In this document: piece after piece, positions 1-13,469 of the stretch
Layout of the letters: every line of letters begins with the position of its first letter
How positions within the stretch are numbered: the stretch's first letter is position 1
Assembly (NCBI RefSeq): GCF_963921235.1
Contig: NC_086098.1
Span: 154,318,001-154,382,000, forward strand
Direction of reading: 5' to 3'
DNA length: 64,000 nt
Source: Mobula hypostoma
Taxonomy: Eukaryota
Made by a program: the position numbers and the translations under genes
The notes under the pieces: model-generated
The model's database searches: none
What the model was told of the DNA's origin: nothing
Seen by the model: only the letters and a program-made list of their open reading frames with translations

Positions 1-905
1 TCAAACAAGTTAGCAGAATTTATGCATATACAGGTGTGTAAATACAGAACCCAAACTTCTTCAAGCTTAGATGGTAAGTGATAAAGTCTTACGATGGAAT
101 GTAAGATAGTTCAGTTCAATGCTCAGGTGAATTAATGTGAGATGTTTGTAATCCAAAAGGTGAATGTTGTGAGGAGGCAATTACGTCGATATTCCACAGA
201 TTCGACGACAGCAATACAGATAACCATAGTAGTAGGTTTATCTCAGAAGTTGTTCCACTCCACACACGAAGTATCACCGACAGGGATCTTCAACGAATAT
301 CCTTTCAGCACAAGTGGTACCACACCCGAATTCAGCTACGGGTCATCCCAAAGCGGTGGCCACAGGTAACTCAAACGGAATCCATGCGTGGGTTATCACC
401 AACAGTAGTCTTATCACTGACGAACCATCTTCAAGTGGTAAAACTACCAACCCAGGCAAGGATTATCACACACAAGATTAGTTTCCACACAAGATTACCC
501 CAAACACACAACTGTGATAGCGACTTATCCAGTTCCATGACATACGAAATAACTTCAACAGTGATTTGCCACAGGGGTGCCTCTCTTCAGTGAACTACCA
601 CACCCAGAAAAAGGGTAGATACACACGTGGTATTCATAAAGGTTTTTCCCTCACCAGAGAACCCACTCCTGTGGATTAACTAAGTGATGATCACACTTTC
701 GTAGTCGAATGGAAACAAAGTCACCCTCACGGGCTACTTAGAGAGAGAGTCAAAACAGTGACCTCTTTGTCACTAGGTTTCTTCTGTTTCAAACCTTCTC
801 TCCTCTCTTCTCTTCCTGCAAACTTGTTCTAGTTGGAGAAAATTTGTGAGAGTCATTTATCAACACTCAGGATCGATCTCAACTCACCCCTTTTGAGCTA
901 CTGAA
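1..905. repeat. Probable LTR or 5' region of an unclassified LTR element abutting (and truncating) the Gypsy pol that follows
   Basis: Non-coding stretch with internally repeated motifs (e.g. gggttatcacc/ggattatcac); the Gypsy protease-like sequence starts abruptly after ~905. No terminus or TSD seen. Confidence 0.25.
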
Positions 906-3709
906 AGTTTAAACCAGGACCTCACTCACTGGTGTCTTTCATTGATCGAATCCATCTTGACTCCGAGCATGTGTTTCTCTGTGTCTGTAACTGTCCTTGT
1001 AAAAAGTAAACACGCTGCAGAGAAATCATAACACGAGTTGGTCACCGTAGCAACCAAGCAATTTTGCAGAGAGTAGAAATTCACACAGAGCCCAAAAGTC
1101 AGTCTCAGTTCTCTCTGTCTCCTTAAAGTGACAGTCCAAACCCTAGGGGTACATAACAGAAGGGGCCCTTTCCCTGCCTCCACACCGCTCTTACGGTTGC
1201 GCAATTGACCTTCTTCCCGGAGCCCCTCTACCCACCAGTCGGCTGTACAACTCGTCCCGGCCAGAAAGGGAGGCAATGGACGCTTACCTAAATGACTCTC
1301 TCGGGGCTGGCATTATCCAATCCTCATCTTCCCCTGTAGGCGCAGGTTTCTTCTTTGTGGGGAAGAGAGACGGCTCACTGCTTCCCTGCATTGCCTTCCG
1401 GGGCCTGAATAGCATCACCATAAAGAATACGTTTCCACTGCCCCTTATCAACTCTGCTTTCGAACCCCTTCATGGATTCAGCATTCTCTCTAAGTTGGAC
1501 CTACGAAATGTCTACCACCTGGTCAGGATAAGGGAGGGAGATGAGTGGAAAACAGCTTTTAACATCCCTCTTGGTCACTTCGAATACCCGGTCATGCCAT
1601 TCGGTCTCACCAATGCCTCCGCCGTCTTCCAAGTTCTGATAAACAATGTCCTTAGGGACTTTATTAACCGTTTCGTTTTTGTTTATTTGGACGACATCTT
1701 AATCTTCTCCCGCAGTCTTCAGGAATACATCCACCATGTCCGTCAGGTTCTGCAGAGGCTTTGGGAGAACAAACTATTTGTGAAGGCTGAGAAGTGCGAG
1801 TTTCATGTCCGTTCCGTCAGTTTCTTAGGGTACATCATTGAGACCGGGCAAGTGAGGACGGCCAAACCACGACACTCAAGCAACTCCAGCGATTTCTGGG
1901 GTTCGCAAACTTTTATCGGGATTACAGCCGGGTGGCAGCGCCCCTTACTCGACTCACCTCTCCTTTCGACCCCTTTTCACTGGGGCCCCGAAGCGGACTC
2001 AGCCTTCTCGGAGCTGAAGAGGCGTTTCACCTCCGCCTGGTCCAACCAGACCTCGCTCGCCAATTCATTGTGGAAGTCAACGCCTGCGACTCTGAAGTGG
2101 GAGCGGTCTTCTCCCAACGCTCTGGCCCAGACCAAAAACTCCATCCCTGCGCCTTCTTTTCTCGCCGGCTATCCCTCGCCGAAGGAAACTACGACGTTGG
2201 GAACCGGGAGTTACTGGGCGTCAAACTGTCTTTGGAGGAGTGGAGGCACTGGTTGGAGGGTGCGGAACATCTATTCATCGTATCGACTGATCACAAGAAT
2301 CTCGCATACATCCAAACCGCCAAACGCCTGAATTCCCGCCAAGTCCGTTGGGCATTATTTTCTGGCCGTTTCAAATTCACACTCACCTATCGTCCGGGAT
2401 GCAAGAACGGGAAGCCCGATGCTTTCTCCCGTGAATACGTCTCCGAGGAGGGCCTTCCCAAACCCAAAACCACCCTTCCACCATCCTGTGTAGTGGCTGA
2501 CCTCACCTGGGAGATCGAATCAATATCCAAAGAGGCCCAACGGACTCAACCTGACCCAGGCAATGGACCTTCCAATCGCCTCTTCGTGCCTGACTCGGTT
2601 CGGTCTTAGGTTCTCCAGTGGAGGCACACTTCTCGTTTCTCCTGCCATCCCGGAATCGATCGAACTCTGTCCCTTCTGAAGAGACATTTCTGGTGGCCCT
2701 CCATGGACGCTGACACCCGTTCCTTCGTCTCTGCCTGTTCTGTTTGTACCCGCGGAAAAGCCTCCCACCGACCACCTGCTGGGTTGCTTCGTCGCCCACC
2801 TGTCCCTAGCCGCCCTTGGTCTCATATTGCGCTGGATTTCGGTACTGGACTACCCCCTTCACATAGGAACAATGCCGTACTCACCGTGGTGGGCCGCTTC
2901 GCCAAAGCTGTGCACTTCGTAGCCCTTCCCAAACTCCCTACATCCCGTGAGACAGCCGACCTCTTTGTTCATCAAGTCTTCCCCTTCATGGAAATCCCTC
3001 TGACATTATTTCTGACCGGGGCCCCCAATTCATCTCTCAAGTCAGGAGATCCTTTTTTTAAGCCCTTGGAGTCTCAATAAACCTGTCTGCCGGCTTCCAT
3101 CCGCAGAGTAATGGTCAAACAGAACGAACAAACCAGGATTTGGAAGCAGCATTACGCTGCATAAACGCCAACAGCCCGGCAGCCTGGAGCACCCATCACG
3201 TTTGGGTCGAGTACGCCCTCATCTCCCTGGTCAGCACCGCCACCGGAATGTCTCCCTTCGAATGCTCCCTCGGTTATCAACACCCTCTGTTTCCTGCTCA
3301 TGAAGATGACATTGCTGTGCCTTCTGTTCAGGCCCATCTTCGCCGGTGCCACAAGATCTGGAAGGATGCACGCGCGGCCCTGCTCCGATCAGCCGACCGC
3401 AACCGGAGGATTGCCGATCGCCGCCGAATTCCTGCACCAAATTATCGGCCTGAGCAGAAGGTTTGGCTCTCGGTAAAATACATCCCCATCAAGAATGAAC
3501 CCAAGAAACTCGCACCTCGCTACCTGGGACCATTCGAGATTGTTGAGAGTGTCATCAGCCCCTCGGTGGTCAGACTCAAACTGCCCGGATCCATGCAGAT
3601 TCATCACGCGTTTCACGTCGTCCAATTGAAACCTGTATCTTTGTGCCCTCCCGCCGAACCCCGCCACCCGCCCGGTTCATTGACGACCATCCAGCGTACA
3701 CCATCCGTG
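905..3709 (+). mobile_element. Ty3/Gypsy (chromovirus/Sushi-like) pol, frameshifted: protease end, RT, RNase H, integrase, start of chromodomain; gag missing
   Basis: ORF 1276-2331 has [33 protein letters not shown] and YLDDILIFS (RT). ORF 1932-2609 has [16 protein letters not shown] and [10 protein letters not shown] (RNase H). ORFs 2703-3742 have [13 protein letters not shown] and LAPRYLGPF (integrase, GPY/F). Confidence 0.95.
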
Positions 3710-3809
3710 CGTGAGTGGGCCAGTGAAGGAGTGGAGCTTTGAGGCTTTGACTCGAGAGACTTCGACGAGAACGGGCGGAGGACAAGCTTGCTCGTAGTTA
3801 GTTTTTACA

Positions 3810-4735
3810 ATGTCTCCTGAGACGTGAGATGTGGAAGTCTTGGGGGAACTCCCCTCTCCCGCAGAGTCACATCTGCCGGAAGTGCATACGGCTGGGCGAT
3901 CTGGAAGACCGTGTAAGGAATCTGGAGCAGCAGCTGGATGACCTTCGACTCATAAGGGAGAATGAGGCAGTCATAGATGAGAGCTACAGGGAGGTAGTCA
4001 CACCTAGGCTGTTGGAAGCAGGTCGTTGGGTGACAGTCAGTGGGGGGAAAGTGAAGATGAGCAGACAGGTAGTGCAGAGCACCCCTGTAGCCATTTCCCT
4101 GAATAATAAGTTTACTGTCCTGGATACTGTTGGCGGGGACGACCGACCAGGTGTGAGCCACGGTGGCAGGGCCTCCAGCACTGAGTCTGAACCAGTGGTG
4201 CAGAAGCGTTGTACGGAGAAGGGGAGAGCTGTCGTCATTGGAGACTCTATAGTCAGGGCAGCAGACAGGAGATTTTGTGGACGTGAGAAGGACACCCGCA
4301 TGGTTTTTTGCCTCCCAGGTGCCAGGGTCCGGGATGTCTCTGACCGGGTGCACGACATCCTGGTACGAGAGGGAAAGCAACCAGAAGTCGTGATACATGT
4401 TGGGACCAACGACATAGGCAGGAAGAGGGATGAGGTCCTGAAGTGTGAGTTTCGGGAACTAGGCAGAAGGCTGAAGAACAGGACCTCAAGGGTGGCGTTC
4501 TCAGGATTGCTGCCAGAGCTACGTGACAGTGATGGTAAGAATTGGAGGAGATGACAGTTGAATGCGTGGCTGAGGAGTTGGTGCAGGGAGCAGGGTTTTA
4601 GATTTTTAGATCATTGGGTTCTCTTCTGGGGAAGGTAGGACCTGTACATGTTGGATGCGTTGCACCTGAACTCGAGGGGGAGCAATATCCTTGCAGGTAG
4701 GTTTGCTAGCATGGTTCGGGAGGGTTTAAACTAAT
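3810..4735 (+). pseudogene. CR1 ORF1 (Zn-finger/coiled coil plus SGNH esterase), disrupted
   Basis: ICRKC, then LEDRVRNLEQQLDDLRL, then GDSL-type blocks VIGDSIVR and VIHVGTNDIG. Internal stops near both ends. Confidence 0.85.
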
Positions 4736-4859
4736 TTGCAAGGGAGATGGGACCATGAGCGATAGAGCAGTGAAAGAAGTGCATGGAGTAAAGCCAGATC
4801 TAACATACAGAGAGGTTTTGAGGAAAGAGAAGCAGAATAAACGGCGTAAAGACAGGAAG

Positions 4860-7660
4860 GTAGAAGGGCTGAAATGTGTGTACCTCAATGCAAGAAGCAT
4901 CAAGAACAAACGTGATGAACTGACAGCTTGGATACATACATGGAATTATGATGTAGTGACCATTACAGAGACTCGGCTGACACCAGGGCAGAAATGGATT
5001 CTCAATATTCCTGGATTTCAGTGCTTTAAAAGGGATAGAGAGGGTGGAAAAAGGGGAGGAGGGGTGGCATTACTGGTCAGGGATACTATTACAGCTGCAG
5101 AAAGGGTGGGTAATGTAGCAGGATCCTCTTTTGAGTCAATATGGGTGGAATTCAGGAACAGGAAGGGAGCAGTTACTCTATTGGGGGTATTCTATAGGCC
5201 CCTTGGTAGCAGCAGAGATAGAGGAGCAGATTGGGAGGCAGATTTTGGAAAGGTGCAAAAATGACAGATTTGTTATCATGGGTGACTTTAACTTCCCTAA
5301 TATTGATTGGCACCTGATTAGTTCCAAGGGTTTAGATGGGGCAGAATTTGTTAAGTGTGTCCAGGACGGATTCTTGTCACAGTATGTGGACAGGCCGACC
5401 AGGGGGAATGCCATACTAGATCTAGTACTAGGTAATGAACCGGGTCAGGTCACAGATCTCTCAATGGGTGAGCATCTAGTGGACAGTGACCACCGCTCCC
5501 TGGCCTTTAGCATTATCATGGAAAAGGATAGAATCACAGCGGACAGGAAAATTTTCAATTGAGGAAAGGCAAATTATGAGGCTATAAGGCTAGAACTTGC
5601 GGGTGTGAATTGGGATGATGTTTTTGCAGGGAAATGTACTATGGACGTGTGGTCGATGTTTACAGATCTCTTGCGGGATGTTAGGGATAAATTTGGCCCG
5701 GTGAGGAAGATAAAGAATGGTAGGGTGAAGGAACCATGGGTGACAAGTGAGGTGGAAAATCTAGTCAGGTGGAAGAAGGCAGCATACATGAGGTTTAGGA
5801 AGCAAGGATCAGATGGGTCTATTGAGGAATATAGGGAAGCAAGAAAGGGGCTTAAGAAGGGGCTGAGAAGAGCAAGAAGGGGGCATGAGAAGGCCTTGGC
5901 GAGTAGGGTAAAGGAAAACTCCAAGGCATTCTTCAATTATGTGAAGAAAAAAGGGATGACAGGAGTGAAGGTACGACCGATTAGAGATAAAGGCGGGAAG
6001 ATGTGCCTGGAGGCTGTGGAAGTGAGTGAGGTCCTCAATGAATACTTCTGTTCGGTATTCACCAATGAGAGGGAACTTGATAATGGTGAGGACAATATGA
6101 GTGAGGTTGATGTTCTGGAGCATGTTGATATTGAGGGAGAGGAGGTGTTGGAGTTGTTAAAATACATTAGGACAGATAAGTCCCCGGGGCCTGACGGAAT
6201 ATTCCCCGGACTGCTCCGCGAGGCGAGAGAAGACATTGCTGAGCCTCTGGCTAGGATCTTAATGTCCTCGATGTCCACGGCAATGGTACCAGAGGATTGG
6301 AGGGAGGCGAATGCTGTACCCTTGTTCAAAATAGGTAGTAGGGATAGTCCGGGTAATTATAGACCAGTGAGCCTTACGTCTGCGGTGGGAAAGCTGTTGG
6401 AAAAGATTCTTAGAGGTAGGATCTATAAGCATTTAGAGAATCATGGTCTGATCAGGGACAGTTAGCATGGCTTTGTGAAGGGCAGATCGTGTCTAACCAG
6501 CCTGATAGAGTTCTTTGAGGATGTGACAAGGCATATAGATGAGGGTAGTGTAGTGGATGTGATCTATATGGATTTTAGTAAGGCATTTGACAAGGTTCCA
6601 CACAGTAGGCTTATTCAGAAAATTAGAAGGCATGAGATCCAGGGAAGTTTGGCCAGGTGGATTCAGAATTGGCTTGCCTGCAGAAGGCAGAGGGTGGTGG
6701 TGGAGGGAGTACATTCAGATTGGAGGATTGTGGCTTGTGGTGTCCCACAAGGATCTGTTCTGGGACCTCTACTTTTCGTGATTTTTATTAACGACCTGGA
6801 TGTGGGGGGTAGAAGAGTGGGTTGGCGAGTTTGCAGACGACACAATGGTTGGTGCTGTTGTAGATAGTGTAGAGGATTGTTAAAGATTGCAGAGAGACAT
6901 TGATAGGATGCAGAAGAGGGCTGAGAAGTGGCAGATGGAGTTCAAGCCGGAGAAGTGTGAGGTAATACACAGTGGAAGGACAAACTCCAAGGCAGAGTAC
7001 AAAGTAAATGACAGGATACTTGGTAGTGTGCAGGAGCAGCGGGATCTCGGGGTACATGTCCACAGATTCCTGAAAGTTGCCTCACAGCTGGATAGGGTAG
7101 TTAAGAAAGCTTATGGGATGTTAGCTTTCATAACTCGAGGGATAGAGTTTAAGAGTCGCGATGTAATGATGCAGCTCTATAAAACTCTGGTTAGGCCACA
7201 CTTGGAGTACTGTGTCCAGTTCTGGTCACCTCACTATAGGAAGGATGTGGAAGCATTGGAAAGGGTACAGAGGAGATTTACCAGGATGCTGCCTGGTTTA
7301 GAGAGTATGCATTATGATCAGAGATTAAGGGAGCTAGGGCTTTACTCCTTGGAGAGAAGGAGGATGAGAGGAGACATGATAGAGGTGTACAAGATAATAA
7401 GAGGAATAGATAGAGTGGATAGCCAGCGCCTCTTCCCCAGGGCACCACTGATTAATACAAGAGGACATGGCTTTAAGGTAAGGGGTGGGAAGTTCAAGGG
7501 GGATATTAGAGGAAGGTTTTTTACTCAGAGAGTGGTTGGTGCGTGGAATGCACTGCCTGAGTCAGTGGTGGAGGCAAATACACTAGTGAAGTTTAAGAGA
7601 CTACTAGACAGGTATATGGAGGAATTTAAGGTGGGGGCTTATATGGGAGGCAAGGTTTGA
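4860..7660 (+). pseudogene. CR1 ORF2 (AP endonuclease plus reverse transcriptase), with stops and frameshifts
   Basis: CVYLNARSIKNK, TETRL, MGDFNFPNIDW, SDH (APE); [37 protein letters not shown] (RT); C-terminal RPHLEYCVQFWSP. Confidence 0.92.
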
Positions 7661-7728
7661 GGGTCGGCACAACACTGTGGGCCGAAGGGCCTGTACTGTG
7701 TTGTACTATTCTATGTTCTATATTCTAT

Positions 7729-7929
7729 GAATACTGGATGTGCGCCTCCAAGGCAGGGGTCTCCAGTACCTGGTCGATTGGAAGTGATACGACATGGAGG
7801 AACGCTCCTGGATTCCCCGCTCCTTCATCCTGGACCGTCCCCTGTTCCGCGATTTCCATCGGGAGAATGCGGACAAGACCGGTAGTTCGCCTGGAGGCTC
7901 CAGTTGCGGGGGTGGGGGGGGGCGAATGC
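7729..7929 (+). mobile_element. Remainder of the Gypsy chromodomain plus polypurine tract
   Basis: Reads [34 protein letters not shown] (chromodomain signature), followed by a G-rich PPT at ~7908-7922. Confidence 0.85.
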
Positions 7930-8332
7930 AGTCACGGTCTAGATCGTTACTCCATATCTTTCTCCTAATTTGCTTTGATTGTGCCACGGTTTTGACCGTT
8001 AATTTCCCATTTGCTTCTAACTCTCTTTGATGACGACACACCTAGTTTCCATCCAGACTGCACCATAAGAACCCCGGCGTTACAACCACTAGTCCCCAGA
8101 TCGTTGGTTTTTCCTGTGTGGTAACTAACGTTTCACGGCCGCTTAGGACCGTGCGTTCTAAGTTTTGCTCCAGTTTAAAGATTTACCTATGAATCTCTTT
8201 CTCTCTGTGTTAAGGCTTCATGTCAAGATCCCTCTTATTTGCTGTCCAACGTTCACGTCTGCGTAAGCATCCTAACTCAATCTCCGTGCCTGTGTCCTTC
8301 ACCTGGGTTCACTTCATTCGCTCATTGCAACA
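7930..8332 (+). repeat. 3' LTR of the Gypsy element
   Basis: Directly follows the PPT, starts (a)gtcacgg and ends cacctgggttcac...tgcaaca. The matching 5' LTR is not in the window. Confidence 0.55.
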
Positions 8333-8950
8333 TAGGTACCTAGAGAGCATTGAGGTCTCCAAGGTTTTAAGAGAACGTGCATTGGTTAATTGTTGTTTAA
8401 AGTGGGTCATTAATCGTTTACCATTCCTTGGTTTTCCTCGAGTGACCCGCTCTTTGTAATGCGGTCTCCTAGTCCTTTCTGTTTCATCTTGTTCATTTCA
8501 TTTTGATAGGTTCTAGGTTTCCGCATTGCTGGTATTAAGTGGATACCCGATTAGCGCTAACCATGGGGTCTTAGTTTTCAGAATGTTACGCCTCGTGGTG
8601 TCGTTCGGCCGAGGCACCGATGTTCTGTTGGAATTGTTACAAATAAACTTTTCTCACTGTGCCAACATCAGAGTCTGTCTTTCCTCCGCAATGCCAGCGC
8701 ACATCATGACAGAAGGATCCCGCCAATTAATGGACCCGCGGGAAGTTGAACAGTAGCCTTTTGACATCGTTCGGCTTTGCGTGAGAATGCTAACTATTCT
8801 CAACTCCAAGTTTCGAGTTTATGTTTCGAATGCTTCGAGTCTACGTTCCGAGCTTTCCTTACGTCTAAATTCAAGGCCATTTCCGCACTCAACGCTTGCC
8901 CCGGGTCTCAAGGCTTCCTCTGGGTCTAAGTGTCCCTGGCCGTAGTTGCT
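8333..8950 (+). mobile_element. Second LTR (R/U5 part) followed by PBS-like spacer and gag start (MDPREVEQ)
   Basis: AATAAA at ~8643, LTR end tgaca at 8707-8711, then gaaggatcccgcca...ATG GAC CCG at 8730, typical of Sushi-like gag starts. Homologous to the reverse complement of 14137-14477. Confidence 0.5.
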
Positions 8951-8959
8951 CTTAGCCAA

Positions 8960-10310
8960 AATTAAGAAACGGGAAACAATGGCACGAGGGTGCAGCCGAC
9001 TATCCGCAGAAGATCGCTGAGAGAGACAGCTGTGATGCCGACATCGGATGCATCTACCTTGACAATGAATGATCTAGGCGTTGCAGCATTGGGGCAGTGG
9101 TAAAGCGTCGCTTTAGCTCCGAGAATGCTCAGTCTACTTCGTTTGTCCAATGAAGTCCTGCAGAGGTCTTCCAGGTGAGTGCAGTTATCGGTGCTGGGAT
9201 AGAGCTAAAATTTTGCATGAAGCCATGATAAAAGCTCACAAACCCCATGAAGCGTCACAGTTGTTTGACTGTAGATGGTCTGGATCACGCCGTGACCACC
9301 TGAACTTCATCCCTTTGAACACTAGACGTGGTAAGTATATACCCCAAAAATGGCACCTGGTCTTTATAGAACTCACACTTCTCTGGTTTGGCGTACAGGT
9401 TATTCTCGAGGAGCAGTTTGAGAACGCTCCGGACATGCTGGACGTGTTACCGGTGGGAGCGGGAAAAGATCAGAATGTCGTCCAAATTTACCAAAACGCA
9501 CCGATCCAACATATCCCTGAGCACATCGTACATGGGCCTGAAAAGCAGCGGCGGCGCTGGCCAGTCCGAAGGGCATCACAAGGTAGTCACAGCTGTCAGT
9601 GGAGGTGCTGATATCTGCCTTCCACTCAACTCTTTCTCTGATACGAACAAGGTAACAAGCATTGCGCATGCCTATCTTGGAAAACATGACTCCTCCCGGA
9701 GAATGTCTGAACGCAGAGGCAAGCAGGGGAAGAGGGTAGGAGTTCTTCATAGTGATATGTTTGGGGGGCATATCAATGCAGGGACGGAGTCTGCCATCTT
9801 TCCTGCTCACAAAAAATTAGCCCAATCCTGCTGGCGAGCTTGACTGACAGATAAACCCCAAGATCAGTGCCGCCTTGATGTACTCCTCCATGGACACCGT
9901 TTCTGGGAGAGAGAGAAAGAGGAAAGAGCCAGCTCCTCGGAGGACTAGTACCGAGTAAGATTTCAAAGGTGCAGTCACATGACCGGTGTGGAGGCAGGAA
10001 GGTGGCCTTCTTTTCACTGAAGAACTCAACAAGGTCAGCGTATTCAGCCGGAAGGCCGGATAGATCCACATCAGTGTTTGACACAAGAGAGGATCCGCGG
10101 GCTGGAGCTTGAGCTCGACCCATACAGGTACAGAGTCAAGTCAGTCCCCACTCGTGGAGTGCTTTAAGGGACCAATCAATCCGTGGGTTATGTCGGGATA
10201 ACCAGAGGAGGCCAAGCACCAGCAGCAATTCACGTGAATCTGAGCTGAGGGCAGACCTTAGGCTGATGGCGCCTACCGGCGACTCTTTTGTTTGTATCTT
10301 CGGAAACAGC
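8960..10310 (-). mobile_element. Degenerate Gypsy pol fragment (protease-RT-RNase H), minus strand
   Basis: Minus-strand ORFs contain LGLLWLSRHNPRIDW, PPHRSCDC, KDGRLRPCID, KNSYPLPL, YLVMPFGLAS and FIVKVDASDVG. Confidence 0.85.
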
Positions 10311-10789
10311 TCCATTTCTATCTTTAATATTTTTTTTCCCTTTTCAGGGTTCTTTGAAGACCTGGAGTTACACACTGTCATCGGTTCTTTGCGGGAATGC
10401 GACCCGCTCTCCGGGCCTCACGTCTGGCCGCTTTTAGATCTGCCAAGGACGTGGCCTAGAAGACTAGTGCACCTTAAGGGTGCAGGATTTTCGTGGCTCT
10501 GGAGCTACACTCCGGTTGATGCTGTCATCACATAAATGTTGAACCACTCTTACGAGAAACTGAGACTCAAGGACACAATGTATACAGTAGTAGAACTGTT
10601 AATTAAAGCTGATCTGTCTGATGGAGGTGTAAATAGAGAAGGATAATGATAGCACACAGAGAGTGAAAATCACATAAAAACTGTGAAATATGAGATGCAC
10701 CAGGTTGGGAAATATTTATGGAAATAGAAAAAAATAGTATCAGTCGATGGCATCATTTCAGAATCTTTTGCACACACTGGAAAGTCTTG

Positions 10790-11120
10790 TTATCTGAAAT
10801 CGTGGAGTTCATTGTTGAGCCTTGGCTGCTGCATCATGCTCAGCTGCAAGCTGAGATGTTGCTCCTGAAGTTCAGCTAGGTCCTCATTGAAATATTATAA
10901 TATGCCAAAGCAGTGAAGTTTGAGTGGGTGTTGGATTGGCAATTAATGGGATAAGAAATTGAAAGTGCAAAGTAACCACTGAGGACTGAATGGAGATGTT
11001 CTATAATGCAGACACCCAATTTAATTTTGGTTCTTCTAATATACAGCAGACCACATCATGAACTTCGAATGCAACGTAAAAGTGAATCGATGTTCCAGTG
11101 GAAGGGAGTGTTGGGTTCAA
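10790..11120 (-). mobile_element. Penelope-like element GIY-YIG endonuclease remnant
   Basis: Reverse strand reads CIRSS*CGLLYIRRTKIKLGVCIIEHLHSVL, matching the Penelope EN pattern CxxCGLLYIGETKRxLGxRFxEHLRSV. Confidence 0.7.
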
Positions 11121-11644
11121 AGGTTCTAATACATTCCAGTTAACGAAAGGGAAGATTGTTCTTACCGTTAAAGGACAATAATCTTATCCTTAAAATATTG
11201 CTGCAGAAGGTACTCAATGGAAATCCGGAATCGAATTATCGTCGGGTACATCATCAACAAAACTTCCTTCAACCACGCATGCAAACTGATAGGCATCTGT
11301 GTGCGCGGGTAAGCGAGCCCGGGCTAGGCTGTCTCCTTTGCATTTACACGGGCAGATTTTAGAGGGGATAATCAATATTAATTCTATGTTAAGCGGTTTC
11401 ATTGCTTTCGAAAGTGACAGGCAGGTCAAGAAGGACAAGAGTTGTGATAGGTAGAATATCCCTGTCACTAAACAAGAAGTTGACTTAGATACAATGTCTT
11501 CCCTGGTGAAATTCTGATTTATGTGCGTTGAAACAAAGGATAAGATGGCAAAACGTTTGGAAACTGCAGAATATTCAAGAAAGGGGGAAAGGGAAGGGGT
11601 AGTTTCCAAGGACAGAATGCCCAGGAGGAGGATTCCATTGAGAC

Positions 11645-12410
11645 AGGTACGACTTGGGGAGAGAATTCAAAGTTCTGAGATGCAACGGGACTTAGGAGTC
11701 CTCGTGCAGGATACCCTTAAGGTTAACCTTCAGGTTGAGTCGGTGGTGAAGAAGGCCAATGCAATGTTGGCATTTATTTCTAGAGGAATAGCGTATAGCG
11801 GAAGGGATGTGATGTTGAGGCTCTATAAGGCGCTGGTAAGACCTCACTTGGAGTACTGTGGGCAATTTTGGGCTCCTTATTTAAGAAAGGATGTGCTGAA
11901 TTTGGAGAGGGTACAGAGAAGATTCACTAGAATGATTCCGGGAATGAGAGAGTTAACACATGAGGAACGTTTGTCCGCTCTTGAACTGTATTCCTTGGAG
12001 TTTAGAAGAATGAGGGGAGACCTCATAGAAGCATTTCGAAAGTTGAAAGGCATGGACAGAGTTGATGTGGCAAAGTTGTTTCCCATGATGGGGGAGTCTA
12101 GTACAAGAGTGCATGACTTAAGGATTGAAGGGCGCCCATTCAGAACAGAGATGCGAAGAAAATTTTTTAGCCAGAGCGTGGTGAATCTATGGAATTTGTT
12201 GCCACGGGCAGCAGTGGAGGCCAAGTCATTGGGTGTATTTAAGGCAGAGATTGATAGGTATCTGAGTAGCCAGGGCATCAAAGGTTATGATGAGAAGGCG
12301 GGAAAGTGGGACTAAATGGGAGAATGGATCAGGTCATGATAAAATGGCGGAGCAGACTCGATGGGCCGAATGGCCGACCTCTGCTCCTTTGTCTTATGGT
12401 CTTATGGATT
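11645..12410 (+). mobile_element. 5'-truncated CR1 LINE 3' fragment
   Basis: ORF 11521-12315 has QRDLGVLV, RPHLEYCGQFWAP and RRMRGDLIE; tail gtcttatggtcttatgg. Confidence 0.9.
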
Positions 12411-12459
12411 TCAAAATGCCATGTTACCCTTAGTGTTAATGTTTAATGTCTCGCACCGA

Positions 12460-13100
12460 TCCCGGAGGCGACTATTTTGTACTTACTGCTGATAAAACAC
12501 ATGCATTAGCAATCGAGTAAGATTATAGTTGCCAAGTCGAGAGCGGACGGCGGGCGGGTGCTCGGCACAGTCTGCTTGCGTTTGACCGGTCTTTATCTCC
12601 CCTTCACTAGCTGCTGTCGGGAGAAAGTGCAGGAGTCTTGTGTTCCACGGTGCGAGGATTGAACTGCGAGTCTCGTTGCTGTGGACTCGTTTTAGCAGAC
12701 TTTGAGAGTAATTTTGCATGTGCTTTTGAATTCTCGTAAATCTTGGGTTAGCAGTTTTTGAGTGAGATCGGGGCACATCGCTGCGGACTGGGGTGGACGC
12801 GGGATCTGCGGCTTGCAGTCGGCTAGCAGGGCGGTGCTGAACTGGACTCAGCTGAATGCTCCTCGACTCCTGGTGTCATGCTTGATTCTGATTCCGATTC
12901 TGATATTCTATGTGTTGTTGGCACGCTTTTTGCCGTTTGCTCAATTTGCTTTTTCCCCCTCCACACGTTGGTTGTTTGCGTACAATCTGAACGGGTTCCA
13001 TGGTGTTTCTTTGTTTCGTGGCACCTGCGGAAGCACGAATCTCAGACTGTATTCTGTGTACATATTTAGCTAATAAATATACTTTGAATCTTTGATGATG
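12460..13100 (+). repeat. Unclassified interspersed repeat (SINE/LINE-tail-like)
   Basis: Ends aataaatatactttgaatctttga; its 3' part resembles 44130-44370. Confidence 0.3.
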
Positions 13101-13469
13101 TTCTTCAATTCGAAAATGTTCCAAGTGGTTTAGTAATTTACATGAAATAAGGAGATCACTTGCTCATTTAGATATGTTGAGCGGTACATGGCTCCTTAGC
13201 AATCGTTAGAATGTGCCAGGCCGGGTTATGTCAGTCAGTTGTAACGATATCAGGCAACAGTTTAGGAATGATCTAGGATCATTGATTACATTTAAAATTT
13301 GTGCATTCACCAGCGGGGTATTAAGTATGCTTAAAATAGTTAAGCAGGTATTGGCATTTTAATTTACGTCGACGGGATTTTCAATCGCAAGTTGTCTTTT
13401 CCCTGTCGAGAGTAGTAATCGGTCTGCATTGTGGTATTGGAGTCATGGAGTCAAAGAATTATACAGCGC

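Larger units (their letters stand above)
3710..7728 (+). mobile_element. Near full-length CR1 LINE (5'UTR, ORF1, ORF2, 3' tail) inserted into the Gypsy chromodomain
   Basis: ORF1 followed by APE-RT ORF2; ends in the ttctatg-type tail (ctattctatgttctatattctatg). The Gypsy frame ATC CGT at 3703-3708 resumes as GA ATA CTG GAT GTG at 7729. Confidence 0.95.
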
